Notes under the pieces: model-generated | Told to the model about the DNA's origin: nothing | The model's database searches: none | The model's input: the letters and a program-made list of their open reading frames with translations, nothing else | Source: an uncultured delta proteobacterium | GTDB taxonomy: Bacteria; Myxococcota_A; Polyangia; Fen-1088 | Direction of reading: 5' to 3' | DNA: 64,000 bases | NCBI GenBank assembly: GCA_963796685.1 | Contig: CAWCMR010000025.1 | Span: forward strand, 288,001 to 352,000 | Program-made: the position numbers and the translations under genes | Shown here: in pieces, positions 43,027 through 54,591 of the stretch | How positions within the stretch are numbered: the stretch's first letter is position 1 | Layout: each line of letters starts with the position of its first letter

Positions 43027-43838
43027 CCAGAACCAATCAACCAAGACCGCGTACGATCTGGACCGCCTTGGCGCTGCTTGCGGCCCTGGGCGTGCTGCCC
43101 ACCTCCCGAGCGTGGGCGCAAGCCGGTTACGCCTGGCCCGCCGCGCCCCAATCGGCTCCGCAACCCCAGCCGGTTTCGCGGATCGCCGTGCCGGAAGTGC
43201 CCGCGACCTCGTGGGATCCGTTGCGCTTCGAGGTCGCACTCGAGAGCAGAACGACCTGGCCGCTGGACGACGCAGCCAAGCGCCTTGCCGGCAAGCGCGC
43301 GCAGACGGGCGGCGGGTTGTCCCTACAAGCCGACGTCCTACGCCCGAACGACAAGGCAAGCCTGAGGGCGGATTTGAGCTGGCTGACGACCTCGACCTCC
43401 AACTTCCAGGACAGTACCAATCTCGCCGAGAGGCTCGACACCAACGCGATCTCGCTCGGGCTCTCGGCGTGTTACCATCCTTGGCGCTGGCTTGCGCCCT
43501 ACGCGCGGCTGGCGGGGGGCGTGGGCTGGGACAAACTGACCTTGGGCGACGGGGCGAGCAGCCTGCACGACCGAAAGGTCTTCGGCCAGGGCTCCGCGGG
43601 CGCCGGCGTATCGCTGCGCTCGCCGGGGTTGCGCTTGGGGCAGGCATGGTGGGCGCCCCTCGTGGCGGTCATGGGTCAGATCGAGGGTGGCTACGTGTTG
43701 GCGTCCGGTAGCGACTTCTCGCTACAATCTTCGCCTGGGGACGCGGGATCCAGCACCATTCCGACCAGCCCGGTTGCCATCGGACACGTGAGCCGCAGCG
43801 CGCCCTACCTGCGCATCTCGGCCGGCATCGCGTTTTGA
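43023..43838 (+). CDS. Probable small outer-membrane beta-barrel protein
   Basis: Signal peptide ending AWA, alternating strands (APYARLAGGVGW), C-terminal YLRISAGIAF beta-signal. Confidence 0.75.
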   Translation: MTRTNQPRPRTIWTALALLAALGVLPTSRAWAQAGYAWPAAPQSAPQPQPVSRIAVPEVPATSWDPLRFEVALESRTTWPLDDAAKRLAGKRAQTGGGLSLQADVLRPNDKASLRADLSWLTTSTSNFQDSTNLAERLDTNAISLGLSACYHPWRWLAPYARLAGGVGWDKLTLGDGASSLHDRKVFGQGSAGAGVSLRSPGLRLGQAWWAPLVAVMGQIEGGYVLASGSDFSLQSSPGDAGSSTIPTSPVAIGHVSRSAPYLRISAGIAF

Positions 43839-43931
43839 CCCTCGATTCGCACGCACGCCTTCTGTTACTGTCCAGGGTGGGTAAGGCTGCGTGCCGCGCT
43901 CCAGCCGGGGTGACGGCCGGCCTTGGTGACC

Positions 43932-46778
<2,847 letters not shown>

Positions 46779-46779
46779 T

Positions 46780-48549
46780 CTAGAAGCAGTGGTAGCACAG
46801 CGACTGCGACGTGGACTTCCAGGGCACCGCGTACGTGGCACACGTAGACCCGGTGGCGGCCACCTGGTTGCGATAGGCGTCCAAGATCTCGGCCGGCCCG
46901 AGTCGATAGATGTCGTCCTGCTTGGCGACCCAGAAGACGCAATAGCCGGGTGCCGTGACCGGCGGAAAGAACTCTTGCTGCCCAGTGTGGTAGCCAAGGG
47001 TTGCGTTCATGAAGCTGAACATGGGGAAGAAGGCAGTCAGGTAGCCGCCAAAGAGCTCGTGCCGGGCGGACAGAACCCCCTCGATGCGCGCGATGGCTTG
47101 GGTGTCGACCAGCGGAAACAGATATTTGTGAGGCAGAGCGTGCGGCCGCATGCGCTCGCGCAGGCTGGTGTCGTAGCCCGCGAAGGTGGTCGCCCACGAG
47201 CTGGGAACCACGGCCAACAGCACCGTCACCACGACCACGCGCAACCACACCGTCGGCCGGCGCAGCGAGGAAAGGCGTGCCAGGGCAACCGCCAAATGCG
47301 CAAGCAGGATGACGAGCACGAAGCCGAGGAGCATGCAGGCCCAGACTTGGTATTTCGTCACATAGTAGTATTTCACGCTCGGGCCCTTGCGCAGCACGAG
47401 GAAAAGAGCACTGCTGGCCGCGGAGAAGGCCAGCGGAAAGCGAATGGCCCGAAAGAGCGGCGAACCGAGGCGGAAGGGCTTCCACGACGTCGCCAGCAGG
47501 TAGACGGGTAGCGCCGCGAGCAAGAACATGTCCGCCCTGAAGACCTTGTCCACGTCGAAGCGCTGCATCCCGCCCCACACCCGAAAGATCGGGCGCAACT
47601 CGTGCACGATCAGAACGGCGGCCACACAGAAGACCCCGACGACAATGGCTTGGGCGATTCGCCAGCGCCCGCGAAAGCCCTCGACCGACAAGACGAACGC
47701 CACGGCGAGGGCGGCGTCCGCCAGGTTGAGCGCGTAGGTGTAGCGCAAGAGCACGAATGCCCCGATCAGCGCCGGGATGCGCAGGATCTGCAGGCGAATC
47801 AGCGCATCGGCCGCCCACAGGACTATGAGCGGCACGAGCCCGAAGAGATGAGGGTAGTAGCCGGCGGCCTGGTTGTAGTGAAGGAGAGGCAGAGCAAACA
47901 GCAGCAGTGCCCCCGTAAAGGAAAGCACGGCCACGACCACCCCAGCGATCCATGCCCCCCCGCCCGCCGGGGCTTCTGCTCGCAGCAGGGTGAAGAGGAT
48001 GGTCAGCGGAAACGCCAGGGCCGCCGTGACCGCCACGTAGTAGGCCACCGTGAAGGACCGGAACGCATTCACCTGGAACAGCTTCTCGATCCACCAGGTG
48101 AAGGCGTAGTAGCTGACTTGGCCGTTGTAGACGTTTGGCAAGACGGAGCCAAACAGCTGCATGTTGAGGACATGGGTACCACCGTCCCAACCGTCGACGT
48201 TGGGAAATCCGCCGAAGTCGCGAGCGAAGAGCGCCCAGACGGCGAATCCAACGGGCAACAGCACCATCGCCTCCACCAGCCACGACCTCGGTGACGGCGG
48301 CCAAACACACCGGCTACGCAGCCATGGCCAGAGCGCGACCGCGCCAACGCCGCACACGGTCAACGACAGCACCAAAGCCAGCGGAAGCGACAGGGATGTC
48401 ACCGCACGAATCGGGCCGCTCAGGATGAACGGCATGGCCAGGGCAAGCAGCAGCCACGGCCAACGGGCGCCGCGCATGTCGATCCACTCTGCCGGCGGCA
48501 GAAAGCCGCCTTGCAGTTTGCCAGCGAGAGCGCGCAAGAATCCAGTCAT
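46780..48549 (-). CDS. Polytopic membrane protein, possibly GT-C glycosyltransferase-like
   Basis: >10 hydrophobic segments, acidic early loop (VDGWDGGTH), soluble C-terminal domain. Confidence 0.6.
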   Translation of the reverse strand: MTGFLRALAGKLQGGFLPPAEWIDMRGARWPWLLLALAMPFILSGPIRAVTSLSLPLALVLSLTVCGVGAVALWPWLRSRCVWPPSPRSWLVEAMVLLPVGFAVWALFARDFGGFPNVDGWDGGTHVLNMQLFGSVLPNVYNGQVSYYAFTWWIEKLFQVNAFRSFTVAYYVAVTAALAFPLTILFTLLRAEAPAGGGAWIAGVVVAVLSFTGALLLFALPLLHYNQAAGYYPHLFGLVPLIVLWAADALIRLQILRIPALIGAFVLLRYTYALNLADAALAVAFVLSVEGFRGRWRIAQAIVVGVFCVAAVLIVHELRPIFRVWGGMQRFDVDKVFRADMFLLAALPVYLLATSWKPFRLGSPLFRAIRFPLAFSAASSALFLVLRKGPSVKYYYVTKYQVWACMLLGFVLVILLAHLAVALARLSSLRRPTVWLRVVVVTVLLAVVPSSWATTFAGYDTSLRERMRPHALPHKYLFPLVDTQAIARIEGVLSARHELFGGYLTAFFPMFSFMNATLGYHTGQQEFFPPVTAPGYCVFWVAKQDDIYRLGPAEILDAYRNQVAATGSTCATYAVPWKSTSQSLCYHCF

Positions 48550-48784
48550 CGTCAAGGGTTCCGGGAAGCAGCATCTTGCAGCCAAACGTGCGTATTTCTC
48601 GCACCTTTTCGCCGGGCAGGCGCAAAAAGACTGCTTTTATCGGCGTTTTTTCGTCGCACGCGCGCGGCGATTTCGAGTAGAGTCCGTCGGCCGTCGTTGG
48701 CGTGGCAGCACTGGACCTTAGGTAGGGTCGACCTGGCCGGGCAAACGGCAGCGTCAAGATTCCATTTTTTCAAGAGGAGTGAAG

Positions 48785-49096
48785 ATGGCTAAAGGTCCCC
48801 TGTCCAAATCCGCCCTGATTCAAACGATCGCCGACAAGTCCGACGGAAAGCTCACACGCAAGGATGTCAAAGGTGTGCTCGAAGCCGTCGCCGCCATCGG
48901 CCATACCGAACTGAAGAAGAACGGACTCTTTGTCGTTCCCAGCCTGGTTCGCATGGTCGTCGTCAAGAAGCCCGCGACCAAGGAGCGCAAGGGTATCAAT
49001 CCATTCACCGGTCAAGAGACCGTGTTCAAGGCCAAGCCAGCTCGCAAAGTCGTCAAGGCCCGTCCAGTCAAGGCCGCCAAAGACGCTGTCGCGTAA
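48785..49096 (+). CDS. HU family DNA-binding protein
   Basis: LSKSALI..RKGINPFTGQE..KAKPARKVVKARP. Confidence 0.9.
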   Translation: MAKGPLSKSALIQTIADKSDGKLTRKDVKGVLEAVAAIGHTELKKNGLFVVPSLVRMVVVKKPATKERKGINPFTGQETVFKAKPARKVVKARPVKAAKDAVA

Positions 49097-49215
49097 GCGA
49101 AGCCCGTGTCGTGTGGGGGCCCGCCGGCTTGTCCGGCGGGGCACCACCAAGCTTCGCCGCACGAAGAGATCAGAGGAAGAGATCGGACGAAGAGATCGGA
49201 CGAAGAGGTTGGACG
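49097..49215. repeat. Hairpin followed by a ~13-bp tandem repeat (x4)
   Basis: gcgaagc..cccgccgg-cttgt-ccggcggg..gcttcgc, then (acgaagagatcgg)-like units at 49161-49215. Confidence 0.65.
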
Positions 49216-49258
49216 GGGTGCGAGTTCGTACTCCAAATGCGGGTAAGGTAGAGAGAGA

Positions 49259-49996
49259 ATGCCCGACCCTCTGGCGGTTCTCGACAGCGTATCGAAGTCC
49301 TTCGGCGACGTGTTCGCCGTGGTTGAGCTCTCGCTGTCGATCCCTGGAGGCGAGGTCTATGGTCTGCTCGGCCCCAACGGCGCGGGCAAGACCACGGCCT
49401 TGCGCATGCTCGCCGGCTTGCTCGCGCCCGGTCGCGGCCATGCCCTGGTGGCCGGTCAAGATGCGAGCCTGCCATCGGCCAAGCGCCGGCTCGGCTATCT
49501 GAGCGGCAGCACCGGCCTTTTCGGCCGACTTTCCCCCCGCGAGGTGCTCGACTACTTTGGGCAGATCCATGGGCTTTCGCGCGCCGAGATCGGCAAGCGC
49601 GTCTCGGTGCTGGCCCAAGCGTTGGCGCTGCAGGGAATTCTCGACCGCCGCTGCGAGGCCCTTTCCACCGGTGAACGCCAGCGCGTCTCCATCGCGCGCA
49701 CCGTGCTTCACGACCCGGCCGTGCTCATCCTCGACGAGCCCACCAGCGGGCTCGACGTGCTCGCCAGCCGGTTCATGCGTGAGTTCGTTCGCGGCGAGCG
49801 CCAACGCGGCAAGGCGGTGCTGTTCTCCACCCACTACCTGGCGGAGGCCGAGCTCCTGTGCGATCGCATCGGCTTTCTCCACCGCGGACGCCTCCTCGTG
49901 GAAGGTCCGCCGTCCGAGATCCGGGCCCGGACCGGCACGACCACGCTCGAAGAGGCCTTCCTGGCCTTGGCGGAAGAGCCCGGGAGCGCGCCGTGA
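49259..49996 (+). CDS. ABC transporter ATPase (NatA-like)
   Basis: GPNGAGKTT, LSTGERQR, ILDEPT, STH. Confidence 0.93.
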   Translation: MPDPLAVLDSVSKSFGDVFAVVELSLSIPGGEVYGLLGPNGAGKTTALRMLAGLLAPGRGHALVAGQDASLPSAKRRLGYLSGSTGLFGRLSPREVLDYFGQIHGLSRAEIGKRVSVLAQALALQGILDRRCEALSTGERQRVSIARTVLHDPAVLILDEPTSGLDVLASRFMREFVRGERQRGKAVLFSTHYLAEAELLCDRIGFLHRGRLLVEGPPSEIRARTGTTTLEEAFLALAEEPGSAP

Positions 49997-51906
49997 ACCC
50001 GCGCCACGTCTTCCTGACCTTCGGCAAGGAGCTGCGCGAGGCCCTGCGCGACCGGCGCACCCTGGCCATCATGGTTCTCTTGCCCCTGGTGGTCTATCCG
50101 CTCCTATCCATGCTCGCAGCCCAAGTCGCCACGGGTCGCGAGAAGGAACGCGAAGCGCGGCCTTCCACCGTCGCCCTCCACGGGACCGGCCCGTCACGCG
50201 ACGTGCTCGCATCCAAGCTGCAGGAAAATCGGACGCTTTTCGTCCTCTTGCCCACGGGCACCGCCTCCGATGTCGAGCTCGGGCGTCTCGACCTGCTGGT
50301 GGAGATGGACCGACAGGCCGAAGGCAAGGTGTCCGTCATCTACGATGAAAGCCGTGACGAATCGCGCACGGCCGAGGAGCGACTTGGCGGCGTGCTGGCC
50401 AAGTCCTTTCCGGATGGCTGCGCGCCGCGCTTCTCGGCCGAGCGGCGCAGCGTGGCCCCCAAGGCGCAACTGGGTGGCTACTTGCTGTCCAAGGCCCTGC
50501 CCCTCTTCGTGGTCCTCATGGTGCTGCTCGGCGCCTTCTATCCCGCCATCGACGTCACGGCGGGAGAGCGCGAACGCGGCACCCTCGAGACGGTCCTGTG
50601 CTCGCCCATCCGCCGCTTCGATCTGATGCTCGGCAAGGTGCTGGCCGTGGCCACCCTGGCCGCGCTCACCGGCGTGCTCAACTTGGCCTCCATGGCCATC
50701 ACCCTGATGCAGATCCTGCGCCTGGCGTCGCAGAGCGTGGCCCTCGACATTCCATGGGGCCACGCCCTGTTGAGCAGCCTGGTCATCTTCCCCGCGGCCC
50801 TGCTCTTCGCGGCAGCCTTCGTCGCCCTGGGCGCCACCGCGCGCACCTTCAAAGAGGCCCAGACCCTGCTCTTGCCGGTTTACTTTCTCACCGTGGCACC
50901 GGCCATGGCGGGGGCCATCGGCGAGTACCAGCTGGCCGGGATCGTCGCGTGGATCCCGGGGATGAACATCACCCTCCTTGCTCGAGATCTGCTGGTGGGC
51001 CGAGCGACCTGGTCTGGAGTCCTGGCCGCCCTGGCCTCGACGCTCATCCTTGCGACGCTGGCCCTGGCCGTTGCCGCGCGCATCTACGATTCCGAGCGTC
51101 TGGTGGCGCCCGCGCCCCGCCGCCAGCGCACAGCCGGCGCCGCCTTGCGTACCACCAACGCTGGCGACGCCATGGTGCTCTTCGCCCTGGCGTTCCTGCT
51201 GCTCTACTTCGTCTTCTTGCCCATCGAAAAACGCCACCTGGCGAGCGGCCTTCTGGCCGCCGAATGGCTCGGCCTGTTCGGTCTGGTGTGGCTCTTCGCG
51301 CGCATGTCCGGACAGACCTTGGCCGGCGTGGCCGGATTTTCGCGTCCGAAGCCCCAAGCCGTGCTGGGCGCGGCGCTGGCCGGGTGCAGTGCCTGGGCCG
51401 CGGTTGCGATCTTCAGCGAGTGGCTTCTGCCCGTGCCCAAGCAGATGCTCGAAGAGCTGCGCAAGTCGCTCGTTCCCTTGGATGGCAGCCGCGGCTTTCT
51501 CGCGACCCTGCTGCTCGTGGCTGCAAGCCCGGCCATCTGCGAGGAGTGCTTGTTCCGTGGACCCATTCTGCGCGGGCTGCGTACGCGCTTCCATGCCACC
51601 GCTGCCGTGGTTCTCACCGCCGTGCTGTTCGGGCTCTTTCACTTGGATCTCTATCGACTCATCCCCACCACCATCTTGGGCGTCATGCTCGGCTTCATCG
51701 CGCTCGAAAGCGGCTCGATCGTGCCTTCCATGGTGGCCCACTTTTGCAACAATGCCGCGCTCGTCACCTTGGCCAGCCTGCGTCTCGACGAACGGATGGA
51801 CGCTCTCGGCCGCGGCGCCATCACCCTTTTCTTCATCGTCTCCCTCGCCCTGACGGCGGCCGGGCTCGCGCTCGTTCGCGATGCCAAGCCCAAGCCCGAA
51901 GTGTAG
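49993..51906 (+). CDS. NatB-like ABC permease fused to a CPBP (CAAX/Abi) intramembrane protease
   Basis: KELREALRDRRT, AGERERGTLETVL; C-terminal EECLFRG, FGLFH, HFCNN. Confidence 0.9.
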   Translation: MNPRHVFLTFGKELREALRDRRTLAIMVLLPLVVYPLLSMLAAQVATGREKEREARPSTVALHGTGPSRDVLASKLQENRTLFVLLPTGTASDVELGRLDLLVEMDRQAEGKVSVIYDESRDESRTAEERLGGVLAKSFPDGCAPRFSAERRSVAPKAQLGGYLLSKALPLFVVLMVLLGAFYPAIDVTAGERERGTLETVLCSPIRRFDLMLGKVLAVATLAALTGVLNLASMAITLMQILRLASQSVALDIPWGHALLSSLVIFPAALLFAAAFVALGATARTFKEAQTLLLPVYFLTVAPAMAGAIGEYQLAGIVAWIPGMNITLLARDLLVGRATWSGVLAALASTLILATLALAVAARIYDSERLVAPAPRRQRTAGAALRTTNAGDAMVLFALAFLLLYFVFLPIEKRHLASGLLAAEWLGLFGLVWLFARMSGQTLAGVAGFSRPKPQAVLGAALAGCSAWAAVAIFSEWLLPVPKQMLEELRKSLVPLDGSRGFLATLLLVAASPAICEECLFRGPILRGLRTRFHATAAVVLTAVLFGLFHLDLYRLIPTTILGVMLGFIALESGSIVPSMVAHFCNNAALVTLASLRLDERMDALGRGAITLFFIVSLALTAAGLALVRDAKPKPEV

Positions 51907-51960
51907 TCCAGATAACAATTTTTGTTGCTGTGGACCTTGTGAGTCTGGTATTGCTTGGCC

Positions 51961-52656
51961 ATGTCACAAGCGGAAGAAAAGCGCGTCGTGCAGATTCTGC
52001 GCAAGTGCCCGGTGCTTGTCGACGCCCCGGCGGACACGTTGGCAAAGCTTGCGTCAACGGCCCAAACCCAGACCTACCGCGCACGCCAGGTCGTCTATTT
52101 GCCGGGCGATCGCGCCAACACCGTGCACTTCATCGCCAGCGGCCGAGTGAAGGTTTCCAAAGTCACCCGCGACGGGAAGGAGCTCACGCTTGCCTACCGC
52201 ACGAGCGGCGACTATTTCGGTGAGACCTGTCTGCTCGAAGGCGGCCCGCGGGAAGAGATGGTGGAGGCCATGGAGAGCACGACGGGAGTGGAGCTCGAGC
52301 GCACCGGACTCGACGAGCTGATCGCGAGCCATGCCCCGGTTGCCTACTTGTTTGCGCGCTCGCTCATCAGCCGCTGGCGCGGCTTGCAGGCCAAGGTGGA
52401 ACAGCTCGTCTTCAAGGATGTCGGCTCGAAGCTGGCCGAGTTGCTCTTGCGCCTCGGCTCCGAGCACGGCATCGAACATCGCCGCGGCCTGGTGCTCGGG
52501 CTCAAGATCACCCACCAGGAGATGGCGAATCTGATCGGCTCGACGCGTGAGACGGTTTCCCTGACCCTGTCGCAGTTCAAGCGCAAGGGCTACATCCATA
52601 CCGAGGGTCGCAAGGTCATATTGGCCGATCGCGAAAGCCTGCGCTCGCTGACCTGA
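51961..52656 (+). CDS. Crp/Fnr family regulator
   Basis: cNMP domain (GRVKV..GDYFGE..PR) and HTH THQEMANLIGSTRETVS. Confidence 0.93.
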   Translation: MSQAEEKRVVQILRKCPVLVDAPADTLAKLASTAQTQTYRARQVVYLPGDRANTVHFIASGRVKVSKVTRDGKELTLAYRTSGDYFGETCLLEGGPREEMVEAMESTTGVELERTGLDELIASHAPVAYLFARSLISRWRGLQAKVEQLVFKDVGSKLAELLLRLGSEHGIEHRRGLVLGLKITHQEMANLIGSTRETVSLTLSQFKRKGYIHTEGRKVILADRESLRSLT

Positions 52657-52710
52657 TTTCCTCGAACGAGCTGGGCCAGACGCGAGGCAATGCCATAGAA
52701 TCAACCTGAC

Positions 52711-54486
52711 ATGGCGGAGACAGGCTACGAAGAGATTCTCGCCGCGTTTCGCGCGGCGGCGCGCCTGTCGAGCGAGCGCTTCTTGGTCGGGGTGGCCGCC
52801 GCCACCGAGCGTTCACGCGTGGTCGCCGCCCTGGCAGCCGAAGGCGAGGTCGTGGCCCTGACGTCCGCCGAGATTGCCCTCGAACGACTGGCCGAGGAAT
52901 CCTTCGAGCTCGCGGTGCTGGATCAAGGCGGTGTCGAGCAGAACATCCTGACCGCGGCACGCGAGATTCGGCCCTTTGCCGATGTCGTGCCCATCGTCGA
53001 CGGCGATCCCGCCTTGGCTGCGGAAATGTTCACGCACGAAGCAGCAGCCGTGCTGCCACGGCCCCTGCCCGCCAGCGATGCGCTCTTTCGCGCCCATCTC
53101 CGCTACCTGGCCTCGTGCCGGCGAGCCCGCACCCGCGCGCTCATGCTCAGCCACGTCATCGCCCAGAACCGCGCTGCCCTGCGCACCATCGAACCAGCCC
53201 TCGAGGGCGCACTGGCCGCGGTGCTCGAGGCCAGTCAGGCAGCCCCGGTGGTGGCCATGCTCGGCGACGCCGAGCTTGGCCGTGTGGTGGGCAACACCTC
53301 CTCGTCCCAGGGCCAAGCCGACGTCATCGTGGTGGGGCTTGGCCCTGCCGATCGGGTCGAGCTTCGCCTGCGCGAGGCCCGCGACCGTGCGGCCGGCGCG
53401 GCGGTGGTGACCGTGGACTCGGCGCCCACGACCGACCGGCTGGTGGCGGCGGTCTATGGCGGGGTGCGTGCCTACCTTGGCCGCGATTTGCTGCCGCAGC
53501 TTGGCCGCGTGGTGGCCGCCATGGGCGCGCGGAGGCGCGCGGAGCTGGCCGGACGTCAACTCGTCGAAACCCTGACCCGCTTCGGCTTCATGGAAGAGCC
53601 CGCGCGCAGCGTTCCCGCTCCGACGCAGGATCTCGACGCCCGGCTCATCGCGGATGCCACCGCGAGAGGTCCGTCCGCGATCGTGCCGTCGGCTCACGAG
53701 GTGCTGGTGGTCGACGACGAGGTGGTCGTGCTGACCGTCCTGCGCGAGCTTCTTCGCCGTAGCGGCTACCGCGTCACGACCGCGGCGTCCGCCGAGGAAG
53801 CCATCGATCTGATGCAAAAGCGCAGCTTCGACCTCGTGCTTACCGACAAGAACCTGCCGGGTGCATCGGGCCTGGAGGTGCTGCGCGTGGCGCGCGGCCT
53901 CGATCCACCTCCCGCCGTGGTCATGATCACCGCGTACTCGTCCTACGACTCGGCGGTTACCGCTCTCGATATCGGTGCGCAGGACTACATAGAAAAACCG
54001 ATCCGGGACGTGGAGGCCCTGCGCTTCCGAATCCGGCGCGCTCTCTCCCGACGCAACGAACAGCTGGCGCGCGCGCGAGAGGCCGGCAAGGAAGAAGAAG
54101 AGAAGCAGGCTCGCATCATGGTCGTGGAGGTCGAAGGCAGCCGGCGCCAGCTGATTGCCGAGTTTCTGGGACGTAGCTACGACGTAACCGCCGCCGCGAA
54201 CGGCGATGAGGCCCTGGATCTGCTGCAAAGGAACCAGTTCGATCTGGTCATCGCGGATCGGAACCTTCCGGGCATGTCGGGCCTGCGCGTGATCGAGCAG
54301 GCGCAGCGCCTGCTACCCCACTGTGCGTCCGTGCTCTACACCGCCTACCCATCCTACGAGACCGTCAAGGAGGCCTTCGAGTTGGGGGTCGACGCCTACC
54401 TCGTGCGTCCCAACCAGGATCTCAAATCGCTCGGCGAGAAGATCGCGGGCGCCCTGCGCAGCCGTGGCGGCATCCTGCTTGGCTAA
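52711..54486 (+). CDS. Multi-receiver response regulator without output domain
   Basis: VLVVDDE..LVLTDKNLPG..IEKP and second LVIADRNLPG..LVRP; N-half looks like degenerate receivers. Confidence 0.85.
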   Translation: MAETGYEEILAAFRAAARLSSERFLVGVAAATERSRVVAALAAEGEVVALTSAEIALERLAEESFELAVLDQGGVEQNILTAAREIRPFADVVPIVDGDPALAAEMFTHEAAAVLPRPLPASDALFRAHLRYLASCRRARTRALMLSHVIAQNRAALRTIEPALEGALAAVLEASQAAPVVAMLGDAELGRVVGNTSSSQGQADVIVVGLGPADRVELRLREARDRAAGAAVVTVDSAPTTDRLVAAVYGGVRAYLGRDLLPQLGRVVAAMGARRRAELAGRQLVETLTRFGFMEEPARSVPAPTQDLDARLIADATARGPSAIVPSAHEVLVVDDEVVVLTVLRELLRRSGYRVTTAASAEEAIDLMQKRSFDLVLTDKNLPGASGLEVLRVARGLDPPPAVVMITAYSSYDSAVTALDIGAQDYIEKPIRDVEALRFRIRRALSRRNEQLARAREAGKEEEEKQARIMVVEVEGSRRQLIAEFLGRSYDVTAAANGDEALDLLQRNQFDLVIADRNLPGMSGLRVIEQAQRLLPHCASVLYTAYPSYETVKEAFELGVDAYLVRPNQDLKSLGEKIAGALRSRGGILLG

Positions 54487-54591
54487 TCAAGAACTCGCCA
54501 CCACGACAGAGTTGTCGGTTGACGAGAGGCACTGGTATTTGATTAAGTCCCCAGTTGCAGAAAGCGAGCCCATGCGGGTGGCGTCGACAGC

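Noticed and set aside
43860-43880. LexA box before uvrA
   Set aside because: ctgttactgtccag is CTG-N8-CAG and matches neither the E. coli nor the Myxococcus consensus convincingly.
51937-51969. CRP autoregulatory site (TGTGA..TCACA)
   Set aside because: Half-sites are 21 bp apart instead of 6.
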